Assembly (NCBI GenBank): GCA_964426185.1
Contig: CAYRPF010000012.1
Location: forward strand, 22,459 to 54,458
DNA from: an uncultured archaeon
GTDB lineage: Archaea; Asgardarchaeota; Lokiarchaeia; Sigyniarchaeales; Promethearchaeaceae
Direction of reading: 5' to 3'
DNA: 32,000 bases
Every line of letters begins with the position of its first letter. Position 1 is the stretch's first letter. Of this stretch, positions 1-8,263 are shown in pieces. The notes under the pieces are model-generated. The model ran no database searches, was not told where the DNA came from, and worked only from the letters and a program-made list of their open reading frames with translations. The translations under genes and the position numbers were made by a program.

Positions 1-207
1 CGAGTGTTGGTGGGAAATAAATTGGATTTAACCGAAGAGCGTGTTGTGAGTCGTTCTGAAGGATCCACCTTAGCGGAGAAGTTAGGTGCAAGATTCTATG
101 AGACTTCTGCGAAAACTGGGGAGAATTTGGAGCAAATATTCAAGGATTTGAACGATAAGTTAGTTGAGATTCACGTCAAGAAGGTGAGTTTTGGTGTTTC
201 TCATTAA
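1..207 (+). CDS. Rab/Ras-superfamily small GTPase, C-terminal part (5'-truncated by window edge)
   Basis: Frame is open from base 1: RVLVGNKLDL (G4 NKxD) ... FYETSAKTGENLEQIF (G5 SAK). No C-terminal Cys. Confidence 0.9.
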   Translation, partial: RVLVGNKLDLTEERVVSRSEGSTLAEKLGARFYETSAKTGENLEQIFKDLNDKLVEIHVKKVSFGVSH

Positions 208-238
208 TAGATTCACGTCAAGAAGGTGAGTTTTGGTG
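167..238 (+). repeat. Perfect 30-bp direct repeat (2 copies, 42-bp period) straddling the GTPase stop codon
   Basis: AGATTCACGTCAAGAAGGTGAGTTTTGGTG at 167-196 and 209-238, separated by TTTCTCATTAAT. Confidence 0.95.
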
Positions 239-470
239 ATTACTTTTTCTTTGCTATCTTCATCTTTTAAAAAGTACTATATATTTTTTAACTCAAAGCT
301 TTTTATTTAGGTTATCTATTACATATGATTATTTACTATAATTACTGAAATTCAAAATAATCGAGATGTGAATGCCAGTAAATGGCATCTATAACATTTT
401 CATGTTAAAATATCTTATAGATATTTATAATTCAAATCAAATCACCTTGCAACAGTATGTGATATCTATT

Positions 471-1712
471 ATGTCAATGCAAAAAACACCAAAATTCTGC
501 TGGGGATGCGGCAAACCACTTAAACCAGGACAGAAATTCTGCACTTTTTGTGGGAAAAAGGTAAAAATTGAAGGATCTCCTTTGAATACCGCTTTGCCGA
601 ATAATGCCCCTCGTGTTGCCCCTCATGTAGCATCAAAATATAATCAACGGTCATCGAGTATCTCAAAACAACCCAGCAATTTGTATGGAAGATCTACTCA
701 AAAAGATGTCTTGCCCCAAAATCGTATATCCGCTTCTACACCCGTTTCTGGTTCTACACCTATTTCTGGTACTGCAGCTATTTCAGTTTCTTCACCAACT
801 TCTGCTTCCAATTCCATTGCTAGTTCTGATTCTAACTCTTACATTCGCACAAAGGTGGATTCTATTGAGAATATTCTGACCCAAGGGGAAGTTAAGTCAA
901 ATTTTGAAAGATTGGACTATAAACTCAATTCATTGAATATGGAAAACAAGTTAGTCGACATTGAGCACGCAATTAATGATTTGAAGATTAAAACTAACCA
1001 AGTTCAAGAGTTGGTTCAAACCCAACAGATAGAAAATTCTTCCAAATCCCAATCTCAGTCTGTTGCCATGACGGAAGATCTCAAGGAGAAGCTTGACTCT
1101 GTAGCTTCAAAAGAAGATTTACGGGAAGTTTATGATCGAATTGATGCCTTAGATATTTCCACGTTCAGCACTATTGATGCCCGACTCAGTCAAATTGAAA
1201 ATAAGGTAAGTTCGCCTTTATTAGATTCCGAACAAACCATAAATTTAGCAAAAAATACTGTAACGCGTCTAAATTCTATCGAAGAGAAGTTAGATACAAA
1301 TAATTTAGAAATTCGAACTCGACTCCATCGTTTAGATGAAAAAATCCAAGAGTTTGATTCCCGAATTGAGCGATTTACAAACAATTTGGAATTGTTAGTT
1401 CCCTCCTTGGTCAAATTAACGGAAAAAATAAACCAGCTGCAGGAAAAAGTAACTCTTATTTCCAAGAAAACTTCTTCTATTGAACGTCGTCAAAAGGCAT
1501 TGGATTTACCTCCATTTCCTCAGAATCAATCCCAGAAAGTGCTTTCACCGGATGTTTCTTCCTTGGATGATTCTTCATCGATTACCGAAAATGGCCTTTC
1601 AGATTCATATGATTTAAAAAAAAAGCAATCCGAGCCTAAAAAAGACCGTGTTTTGGAGGAGTCAGAAAAAGAATCATCCGTCCAAAATTCTGCGCAACCT
1701 CTCACTGAATAG
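471..1712 (+). CDS. Zinc-ribbon + Ser/Thr/Pro-rich linker + long coiled-coil protein, function unknown
   Basis: FCWGCGKPLKPGQKFCTFCGKK Zn ribbon, low-complexity linker, heptad-rich E/K/L/I region. Start moved from the track's 372 to ATG 471 (or 477), which follows a GTGA SD-like motif and lies just before the Zn ribbon. Confidence 0.8.
   Translation: MSMQKTPKFCWGCGKPLKPGQKFCTFCGKKVKIEGSPLNTALPNNAPRVAPHVASKYNQRSSSISKQPSNLYGRSTQKDVLPQNRISASTPVSGSTPISGTAAISVSSPTSASNSIASSDSNSYIRTKVDSIENILTQGEVKSNFERLDYKLNSLNMENKLVDIEHAINDLKIKTNQVQELVQTQQIENSSKSQSQSVAMTEDLKEKLDSVASKEDLREVYDRIDALDISTFSTIDARLSQIENKVSSPLLDSEQTINLAKNTVTRLNSIEEKLDTNNLEIRTRLHRLDEKIQEFDSRIERFTNNLELLVPSLVKLTEKINQLQEKVTLISKKTSSIERRQKALDLPPFPQNQSQKVLSPDVSSLDDSSSITENGLSDSYDLKKKQSEPKKDRVLEESEKESSVQNSAQPLTE
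735..824 (+). repeat. Degenerate 18-bp (6-aa) coding tandem repeat, ~5 units
   Basis: STPVSG-STPISG-TAAISV-SSPTSA-SNSIAS; units 1 and 2 are tctacacccgtttctggt and tctacacctatttctggt. Confidence 0.7.
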
Positions 1713-1845
1713 GAATTTTCCTTTGTTCATCGATTTTTTATTTCGGAATGTTGAACTGAAAGAAATTTCTGCTTTGAATCAAAAAAATTTTAATCAATGC
1801 TACTTTCACACACTTATAATTAATGAACTCTAGGTAGCGAAACAA

Positions 1846-2001
1846 ATGCCAGTAACAGACCCTTACCTAAGAAAAGTCGCCGACCATTATCATTTATATG
1901 TATATATATGCCGGAAATGCGGAGCTCGAAACCCATTTCGTGCGAAGAAATGCCGGAAATGCCATAGTCATGATTTACGGCCTAAGCGGCGAGAACGTTA
2001 A
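1846..2001 (+). CDS. rpl40e: 50S ribosomal protein eL40 (L40e), 51 aa, not ubiquitin-fused; absent from ORF track
   Basis: My translation: [51 protein letters not shown]; contains the ICRKCxARNP...CRKC...LRPK signature. Confidence 0.95.
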   Translation: MPVTDPYLRKVADHYHLYVYICRKCGARNPFRAKKCRKCHSHDLRPKRRER

Positions 2002-2037
2002 ACGTAAATAGAAGTTGAAATTAAAGAGGTTAACATT

Positions 2038-2235
2038 ATGCCTGAAGAAATAACTGATGTAGAAAAATTCTTAGAAATTGCCAAAACAAGAGCATCTGAA
2101 TGCCGAATTAAAAAATCGGGCGAACACGTTAAAATTAAACTCCGGACACCTTCAAAACTCTATACTTTAAAAACGGATTCCGCCCATGCTGAAGAGATTT
2201 TAAAACAAATTGAAATCGAACACATTGAGATGTAA
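2038..2235 (+). CDS. rpl38e: 50S ribosomal protein eL38 (L38e)
   Basis: MPEEITDVEKFLEIA...KIKLRTPSKLYTLK matches the eL38 pattern (MP.EI.D...FL...KFK.R....LYTL); directly follows rpl40e. Confidence 0.88.
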   Translation: MPEEITDVEKFLEIAKTRASECRIKKSGEHVKIKLRTPSKLYTLKTDSAHAEEILKQIEIEHIEM

Positions 2236-2331
2236 ATAGAAGAGAATTAAGAACCTAACCTAAGAAAATAACCGAATAAATTAAGTTAACACACCATAAC
2301 TTTCACTTAACTCTTGACAGTATGTCCTATG

Positions 2332-2341
2332 TTTTTTTTTT
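2332..2341 (+). terminator. Putative oligo-T archaeal terminator after rpl40e-rpl38e
   Basis: T10 run about 100 nt downstream of the rpl38e stop. Confidence 0.4.
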
Positions 2342-2383
2342 CGTATTTTAAATTTAATAACCAATAGGTAGAAAGTGCATGTG

Positions 2384-2749
2384 ATGACCGAATCTTCCCT
2401 TTTCAAACAAGCCATTATTTTGCGCACAGACTTAAAAATGTCCACCGGAAAAAAAGTAGCCCAAGGTTGTCATGCCGCAGTGGTGGCGGTAGAATTAGCC
2501 CAAAAATACCACACCAGATATTATGAGCGATGGAAGCAAGAAGGGCAGAAGAAGATAGTATTAAAGGTTGGAAGTGAAGAAGAGCTGTTGGAATTATATA
2601 ATGAGGCAAAGCGAGTGGGGTTGCCTTGTAGTTTGATTCAAGATGCAGGTTTGACTCAAATTCCTGCCGGATCGAAAACCGCGGTTGCAATTGGGCCCGC
2701 GCTTTCAAAAGAAGTGGATAAATTGACCAACCGCTTGAAATTGCTTTAG
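2384..2749 (+). CDS. pth2: Peptidyl-tRNA hydrolase Pth2
   Basis: KQAIILRTDLKMSTGKKVAQGCHAA, GQKKIVLKV, IQDAGLTQIPAGSKTAVAIGP motifs; start ATG 2384 (alternative GTG 2375). Confidence 0.96.
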   Translation: MTESSLFKQAIILRTDLKMSTGKKVAQGCHAAVVAVELAQKYHTRYYERWKQEGQKKIVLKVGSEEELLELYNEAKRVGLPCSLIQDAGLTQIPAGSKTAVAIGPALSKEVDKLTNRLKLL

Positions 2750-2807
2750 TGGCATTATTTGTTAGAGTGGCATTATATATTTTACTGGCGTAACTCTTAT
2801 ATTTTAC
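2748..2807 (+). promoter_or_regulatory. Two pairs of short direct repeats upstream of the RHH regulator (possible operator)
   Basis: AGTGGCATTAT at 2748-2758 and 2766-2776; TATATTTTAC at 2776-2785 and 2798-2807. Confidence 0.35.
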
Positions 2808-2836
2808 AAGATGTGATATTACACAGTGAAAAAATA

Positions 2837-3241
2837 ATGCCCATGATATCACTTCAAGTCAGTTCCGAATTGCAGAAAAATCTGGATCACGTGCAAGAGA
2901 AATTGGGTTATTCTTCCCGAAGCGAATTGTTACGCGAAATGATTTTAGAGTATATTCGAGATCATACCAAAGATTTACCAGCCATCAGCCATCAACTTGC
3001 CGTTATAACCGTTCATTATGAAGCTCGGGAGGATATTGCCACGAAATTTTCCGAAATTACCTTACAGTATGATGAACTCATCAAATCCATTACACAATAT
3101 AATTTAAAAACTCGTATAATTAAAATTATGCTGTTAGCTGGAAATTCTCGGGATATTAACGAGTTTTATCGGGAAATCAGCGGCGATCGTTTGTTTAAAT
3201 CTACAATAACCTTTTTAGTCATCCCAGAAAAGAAAGAATAA
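2837..3241 (+). CDS. CopG/NikR-like ribbon-helix-helix regulator with ACT-like C-terminal domain
   Basis: ISLQVSSELQKNLD...LGYSSRSELLREMI is the NikR-type RHH; the C-domain has NikR-like spacing but lacks the His/Cys ligands. Start moved to ATG 2837. Confidence 0.82.
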   Translation: MPMISLQVSSELQKNLDHVQEKLGYSSRSELLREMILEYIRDHTKDLPAISHQLAVITVHYEAREDIATKFSEITLQYDELIKSITQYNLKTRIIKIMLLAGNSRDINEFYREISGDRLFKSTITFLVIPEKKE

Positions 3242-3249
3242 CAAGGATT

Positions 3250-4764
3250 TCATTTTTCGGGAGGCACTGTAGGAAGAAATCGAGATATTTTTTGCTGAAA
3301 TTCTTCGAAGGAGTAAGGTTTTAACAATATATCATCAAATCCAAAATCATGGTAATTGGCCAAAACCGAATTATTACTATAACCACTTGATGCAATAATC
3401 TTTGCCTCGAGAAATTGCGATTTTAACTGTCTGGCTGTTTCTTTTCCTCCCATACCTCCCGGAATAATAAGATCTAAAATTACCAAATCAAACGGATCTT
3501 GGAGTGTAAACGCTGAAACGTATTTTACCATTAATTCTGTTCCATCGAATGCACCTTCATATTGAATTCCAAGTTGATCACACATCCGCTGTAAAAGCAT
3601 ATGTATCGATTTCTCATCATCTAATACGAGAATTTTTCCTGAAAATTTCCATTTTTGCTGTGAACTTTCTTTCTGTTCTAAATCTTTACCCCCTTTTGCA
3701 ACAGGTAGGTAAATATAAAATGTTGTACCAATGTATGGTTCTGAGGTAAATGTAATATAACCTCCATGATGTTTTATGATAGAATATGTCGTTGCCAACC
3801 CTAGTCCATTACCTTTGGATTTTGTAGTGAAATAGGGATCAAAAATTCTGTTTTGCAGTGATTTTGGAATTCCCCGCCCGTTATCTTGAATTGAAATAAG
3901 AACATATTTACCATTTGGTAGCGGAATTTTCGAGTGCTCGTCAATGGTTATATTTACTGCTGAAATTTTGATTAATGCTTGCTCTGAATGTTCCATTGCT
4001 TGATCTGCGTTTAAGATGATGTTATTTAATACTTGATTGATTTGTCCTGCATCTACATCAATTTTAGGTAAGTTTTCTTCGAAGTAATAGACACATTTTG
4101 ATTTAGTGCCACGTAAAATGAAGTTGGCTGATTCTTTTATCAGATCTTGAATTGATTCAGGCTTTTTTACTGGATTTCCTCCTTTTGAAAAAATAAGAAG
4201 TTGGTTTGTTAGCTGTTTTGCTCTGATTACGCTGTCATGCAAACTTTCAAGAATTTCGTGATATTCTTCTTCATCATTTGAAGTGAAATTAAGTAATTCC
4301 AAATTTCCTAAAATACTGGTTAAAATATTGTTATAATCATGGGCAATCCCTCCAGCCAGCACTCCAATGGATTCAATTTTTTGATTACGGAGGAATTCAT
4401 TATCTAATTGATCTTGTTTATGCCTTATCGCTCTTTTGGCGTATTTCATTTGGGTTATATCACGGAGAATTACAAGTAAACACTTCTTTTCTTCAAATAC
4501 AATATCTTTTACATTTATTTCGAGCCAAATTTTCTGCCCATTTGGAAGTATAAATGTTTTTTCTGTGGTAAATGGTGTCTTGTTGGTTTGTAGTAACTTC
4601 TCGATCTCTTCTAATTGAAATCCAACTGTTTTTGATTCAAAGAATTGATTGGCATAGATAATATGATTTGATTTAATAATTAGAATACCAAGATCGATCT
4701 GGTTTAAAATATTTCTAAACCCTTTTTCTCTCTTTGTAGATTGATTCATTAAATCCAATTTCAA
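3250..4764 (-). CDS. Hybrid sensor histidine kinase (PAS-like, HisKA, HATPase_c, receiver)
   Basis: H-box AGGIAHDYNNIL; N-box QVLNNIILNADQAM; G1 DNGRGI; F/G2 FDPYFTTKSKGNGLGL; receiver LVLDDE...LDLIIPGGMGG...SSGY...KPY. Confidence 0.95.
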   Translation of the reverse strand: MKLDLMNQSTKREKGFRNILNQIDLGILIIKSNHIIYANQFFESKTVGFQLEEIEKLLQTNKTPFTTEKTFILPNGQKIWLEINVKDIVFEEKKCLLVILRDITQMKYAKRAIRHKQDQLDNEFLRNQKIESIGVLAGGIAHDYNNILTSILGNLELLNFTSNDEEEYHEILESLHDSVIRAKQLTNQLLIFSKGGNPVKKPESIQDLIKESANFILRGTKSKCVYYFEENLPKIDVDAGQINQVLNNIILNADQAMEHSEQALIKISAVNITIDEHSKIPLPNGKYVLISIQDNGRGIPKSLQNRIFDPYFTTKSKGNGLGLATTYSIIKHHGGYITFTSEPYIGTTFYIYLPVAKGGKDLEQKESSQQKWKFSGKILVLDDEKSIHMLLQRMCDQLGIQYEGAFDGTELMVKYVSAFTLQDPFDLVILDLIIPGGMGGKETARQLKSQFLEAKIIASSGYSNNSVLANYHDFGFDDILLKPYSFEEFQQKISRFLPTVPPEK

Positions 4765-4871
4765 ACACCTCTAATTCTCACTGAATTCTTAAATACAATT
4801 AATTCCATCTGAATTGAAATAAATTCATTAATTTAAAAGAATCTTTATGGTATATTATTTCTTATTTTTGG

Positions 4872-4898
4872 AATTTTTACATCAATTTTTACATCAAT
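4872..4898. repeat. 12-bp tandem duplication including the nadC stop codon
   Basis: AATTTTTACATC AATTTTTACATC AAT. Confidence 0.75.
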
Positions 4899-5764
4899 CT
4901 TAATGAAAAGTCAGATTTCACATGAGGGTGAAAAATAATGCTGGAAGTGCTGATTATATCCACTCCTGAGCGGGCATAATCAATCAGTGTTTCATGTGTA
5001 ATATTTCCCGAAGCTTCGACCAATACATGACTTGGAATGTTGATTTCACTTAAAGTCTTTTGAATTGCAGCTGGGCTCATATTATCCATCATCACAATAT
5101 CGGCTCCAAATTCAACAGCTGTCTTAAAATCGGTTGGGTTTTCAATTTCAACTTCAATTTTTTTACTAAAACTCGTTAGTTCTCTGGTAACTTTGAGTAA
5201 CTCGGCAATATTTCCATTGTAACGTTTAAGATGTGTATCTTTTAGAAGCACCATATCCGAGAGATTCCAACGATGTGGATCACCTCCACCAAGGAACACC
5301 GCTTTCTTTTCGAAATATGCGAATCCAGGTGTGGTTTTACGTGTGGCTGCAAGTATTGTTTTTAGATCTTGATCACGCAAAAGACTGACTAATTCGTGAG
5401 TGCTTGATGCAATTGATGACAATTTCATGAGAAAATCCAAGGCGGTTCGTTCAACCATTAAAATGGACCTTAGATTTCCAGATAATTCCATAACTAAATC
5501 CCCTTTTTCAAAATTTTCTCCATCATGGATAAATTTTTTTACAATAATTCCGTTATCTTCAAAGAGTAATGCAGCTTCTTCCAATCCTGCTAAAATACCG
5601 TTTGATTTGGCAAAAATCTTCGCTTGTCCATTTTCAGTGGCGGGGATGATACTGGTGGTAATATCTCCAAAACCCACATCTTCTTCCAAATAACTCCTCA
5701 ATTTATTCAAAAGAATGGATTTAGGCAGGGGGAATGGTTGAGATGGAGAATCTTTAGGATCCAT
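4889..5764 (-). CDS. nadC: Nicotinate-nucleotide pyrophosphorylase (quinolinate phosphoribosyltransferase)
   Basis: LEEDVGFGDITT, ATRKTTPG, GGGDPHRWNLSDMVLLKDTH, KIEVEIE, DIVMMDN, EASGNI; start ATG 5764 (alternative GTG 5773). Confidence 0.96.
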   Translation of the reverse strand: MDPKDSPSQPFPLPKSILLNKLRSYLEEDVGFGDITTSIIPATENGQAKIFAKSNGILAGLEEAALLFEDNGIIVKKFIHDGENFEKGDLVMELSGNLRSILMVERTALDFLMKLSSIASSTHELVSLLRDQDLKTILAATRKTTPGFAYFEKKAVFLGGGDPHRWNLSDMVLLKDTHLKRYNGNIAELLKVTRELTSFSKKIEVEIENPTDFKTAVEFGADIVMMDNMSPAAIQKTLSEINIPSHVLVEASGNITHETLIDYARSGVDIISTSSIIFHPHVKSDFSLRLM

Positions 5765-5818
5765 AGCGATCACAATTCTATATTGAGATATATCATTTAA
5801 TTATTTATTTATTATTCT

Positions 5819-7528
5819 CTATTTCTTTTTTCTATTTTTAGGCGATTTCTGTAAATATTGCGAAGGTTGAGATTGCTTGGATTGCAGGGAATGCTGAGAA
5901 ATTCGAGAATACAACAAATTTTTCTGAATTTTCTTCTCTTTGTAAGTATAGGGCACGTAAACAGGCTCCTTAGTAAAAGGATTTAATCCGGTATAATACA
6001 TACACGTAGAAACCGACATTGGGGTTGGGGTAAAAATTTGAATAGATTCGGTGCTTTTTTCTCCCAATTGTCGAATTTTCTTGTGCAAGAATTCTACATC
6101 TTTTAATGTACTTCCTGGATGGGCCGTAATGAAATAATACTTCAAACTCTGTTTAGGATCGGGATTTAATTGCTTGAATTTTTGTAAAAATTCTTCAAAA
6201 CGGGAATTATCTTTGTTCATTAGGGCGCAGATATTGGGTGAGAAATGTTCCGGAGCTATCTTCAACTGACCGGAAATATGATGGGTAAATAACTCACGCA
6301 TGTATTCATCGTGATCTATTATCATATCAAAACGAACTCCACTGCGGACAAAAACTTTCTTAATTCCGGGTATTTCCCGCGATTTTTGCAATAATTCTAA
6401 AGCTTTTTTATGTGATCTATCCAAAATGGGACATTTCATACAATGTTGCATGCATGACTCCCGATTGGAGCAATCCATTCCATACATATTGGCAGAAGGT
6501 CCCCCGAGGTCGCTGATGTATCCTCTAAAACCATCCAAGTGCGTCATTTTTTCAATTTCTTCCAGAATATTTTTTTGACTTCGCGAAACTATCTTTGTCC
6601 CTTGATGCAAGGCAATGGCACAAAAGCTGCACTCCCCAATGCAACCTCGATGGGTGATTATCGAAAATTGAGCCATCTGGAATTCGGAGAAATTTTTGGG
6701 AATATGATAAGAATACGGCAAAGAAAAGATTGCATCCAATTCATCTGAAGTATAATTATGCATACGGTACTGTAAAACCATGAAATTGCCGGTTTTTTGA
6801 AGAAGATTCTTTGAATTAGAAAATTGAAGCTGCATATCGCAGAATCGTTCCTTGTTGGTTGCGATTTCTTCAAATGAAGGAAGGCTCTCGAAATTATCTA
6901 TATCCACAAGACATTTTTTTTGCGGAAAAGAAATTACCGTTCCTTCAATTCCCCACAAAGGTTGCTTATGTACTAATCGGCGCGCAATTTCCACCACTTG
7001 ATATTCTCCAGGGCCATATACTAAAATATCTGCTTTAGCGTCCAAAATTATGGGTTTTCTGAGAGAATTGCTCCAATAATCATAATGGGTAAATCTTCTA
7101 AGGGACGCTTCTACTCCTCCTAACACTATGTGAATCGATGAAACTTTAGAAGAATTTTGTTTTATTGCTTGTCTTATTTTTTGGGCGTAGACAATTGTGG
7201 CTCGATCAGGTATATTGGATTTAAAAGGATGATAAGGATCTTCAGCGCGCTTCTTTTTGAGGGGAGTGTAATTTTGGAGCATGCTGTCTATACTCCCGGA
7301 AGAAACGCCAAAAAATAACTTAGGCATGCCTAGTTTAGTAAAATCTGCAAGTGTATGCCAGTTCGGCTTTTCAATTATTCCCACTGAGAATCCTGCGGCT
7401 TCTAGCACCCGTGAAATAATTCCGATGCCAGAATGTGGATGATCTGCCCATTTTTCTCCCGAAACTAAAATCACGTCAAAAAATGGTGTTGTCGAAGAAA
7501 CTTCTTTAGGTAGTGAAGTAGAAATCAT
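5819..7528 (-). CDS. YgiQ/UPF0313 family radical SAM protein
   Basis: DVILVSGE..ADHP, GSIDSM..NYT, PDRATIVY, GGVEASLRRFTHYDYWS, HRGCIGECSFC (CxxxCxxC), DLGGPSANMY, QIFTPTPMSVSTCMYYTG. Confidence 0.93.
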   Translation of the reverse strand: MISTSLPKEVSSTTPFFDVILVSGEKWADHPHSGIGIISRVLEAAGFSVGIIEKPNWHTLADFTKLGMPKLFFGVSSGSIDSMLQNYTPLKKKRAEDPYHPFKSNIPDRATIVYAQKIRQAIKQNSSKVSSIHIVLGGVEASLRRFTHYDYWSNSLRKPIILDAKADILVYGPGEYQVVEIARRLVHKQPLWGIEGTVISFPQKKCLVDIDNFESLPSFEEIATNKERFCDMQLQFSNSKNLLQKTGNFMVLQYRMHNYTSDELDAIFSLPYSYHIPKNFSEFQMAQFSIITHRGCIGECSFCAIALHQGTKIVSRSQKNILEEIEKMTHLDGFRGYISDLGGPSANMYGMDCSNRESCMQHCMKCPILDRSHKKALELLQKSREIPGIKKVFVRSGVRFDMIIDHDEYMRELFTHHISGQLKIAPEHFSPNICALMNKDNSRFEEFLQKFKQLNPDPKQSLKYYFITAHPGSTLKDVEFLHKKIRQLGEKSTESIQIFTPTPMSVSTCMYYTGLNPFTKEPVYVPYTYKEKKIQKNLLYSRISQHSLQSKQSQPSQYLQKSPKNRKKK

Positions 7529-7624
7529 GAGAAAAACCAATGGGGTATGAGGAGAAAAAACGTCCTCTAATTTTGAAGTTAATGATTATAATTGAAAGCA
7601 TCCAATCCAAAAATGAAATTCAAT

Positions 7625-8251
7625 TTATTCTCCAATTTTCTTGGGAACTATCGGGCCTCGGGGATATTCTTCTTCAAATATAATGGCCGTGAATCGTTCT
7701 ACTTTGGTTTTCCCAACATCTTTCCATGCATTAGGTGGGAGGCCAGCTTTCATGCATGTGTGTTCCAGAAATGTGGTCACATCCCAATTTCTATCGAATT
7801 CCACTGGAACTTGAGGTAGAAGAAGACCGCGGTTCCAAGCTCGAGTAATAATTAAACCATCTCTTCCGATTTTAATGTGCTTTAAATAATCTTCTGGAAT
7901 GTCCACCTTGATTTCTTCCGGAACGGTTAAAATAGAGACTTCTACTACAATATTATCCATTTCCGATGCTTTTACCGAGGGAAATCTCGGATCATCAAAG
8001 GCTGCTGACAATGAGACTTTAGAAATCGTTTCCCACAACGGATAAACCGGCAATATATACCCTATGCAACCACGTAGGGGATTCCCCGTTTTCGGATAAC
8101 GGTTCAAGGTTACAAAAGCTCCTGCATTCTCTTTGTATTTTTCTTTAATTTCCGCGGGAACTGGAAGGGGTTTATTTGTTTTAAGATAGGTTTCGATATT
8201 TTTTCGGGCAAAGGCGATCAAAGCCTTTCCGTCAGATAGAGTAATTTCCAT
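7625..8251 (-). CDS. AMMECR1-domain protein (archaeal TIGR00296-like)
   Basis: GAFVTL, LRGCIGY signature, AAFDDPRF, VEVSILT, GRDGLII, GLLLPQVPVE, KAGLP. Confidence 0.95.
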   Translation of the reverse strand: MEITLSDGKALIAFARKNIETYLKTNKPLPVPAEIKEKYKENAGAFVTLNRYPKTGNPLRGCIGYILPVYPLWETISKVSLSAAFDDPRFPSVKASEMDNIVVEVSILTVPEEIKVDIPEDYLKHIKIGRDGLIITRAWNRGLLLPQVPVEFDRNWDVTTFLEHTCMKAGLPPNAWKDVGKTKVERFTAIIFEEEYPRGPIVPKKIGE

Positions 8252-8263
8252 TTCTCTCAGATA

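Noticed and set aside
167-238. 30-bp repeat as a mini CRISPR array
   Set aside because: Only two copies, a 12-nt spacer, the first copy is coding, and no cas genes are present.
1648-1833. 61-aa ORF between the coiled-coil gene and rpl40e
   Set aside because: Overlaps the upstream CDS and runs through AT-rich terminator/promoter-like DNA; no motif.
2415-2852. 145-aa minus-strand ORF
   Set aside because: Antisense shadow of pth2 with no recognisable motif.
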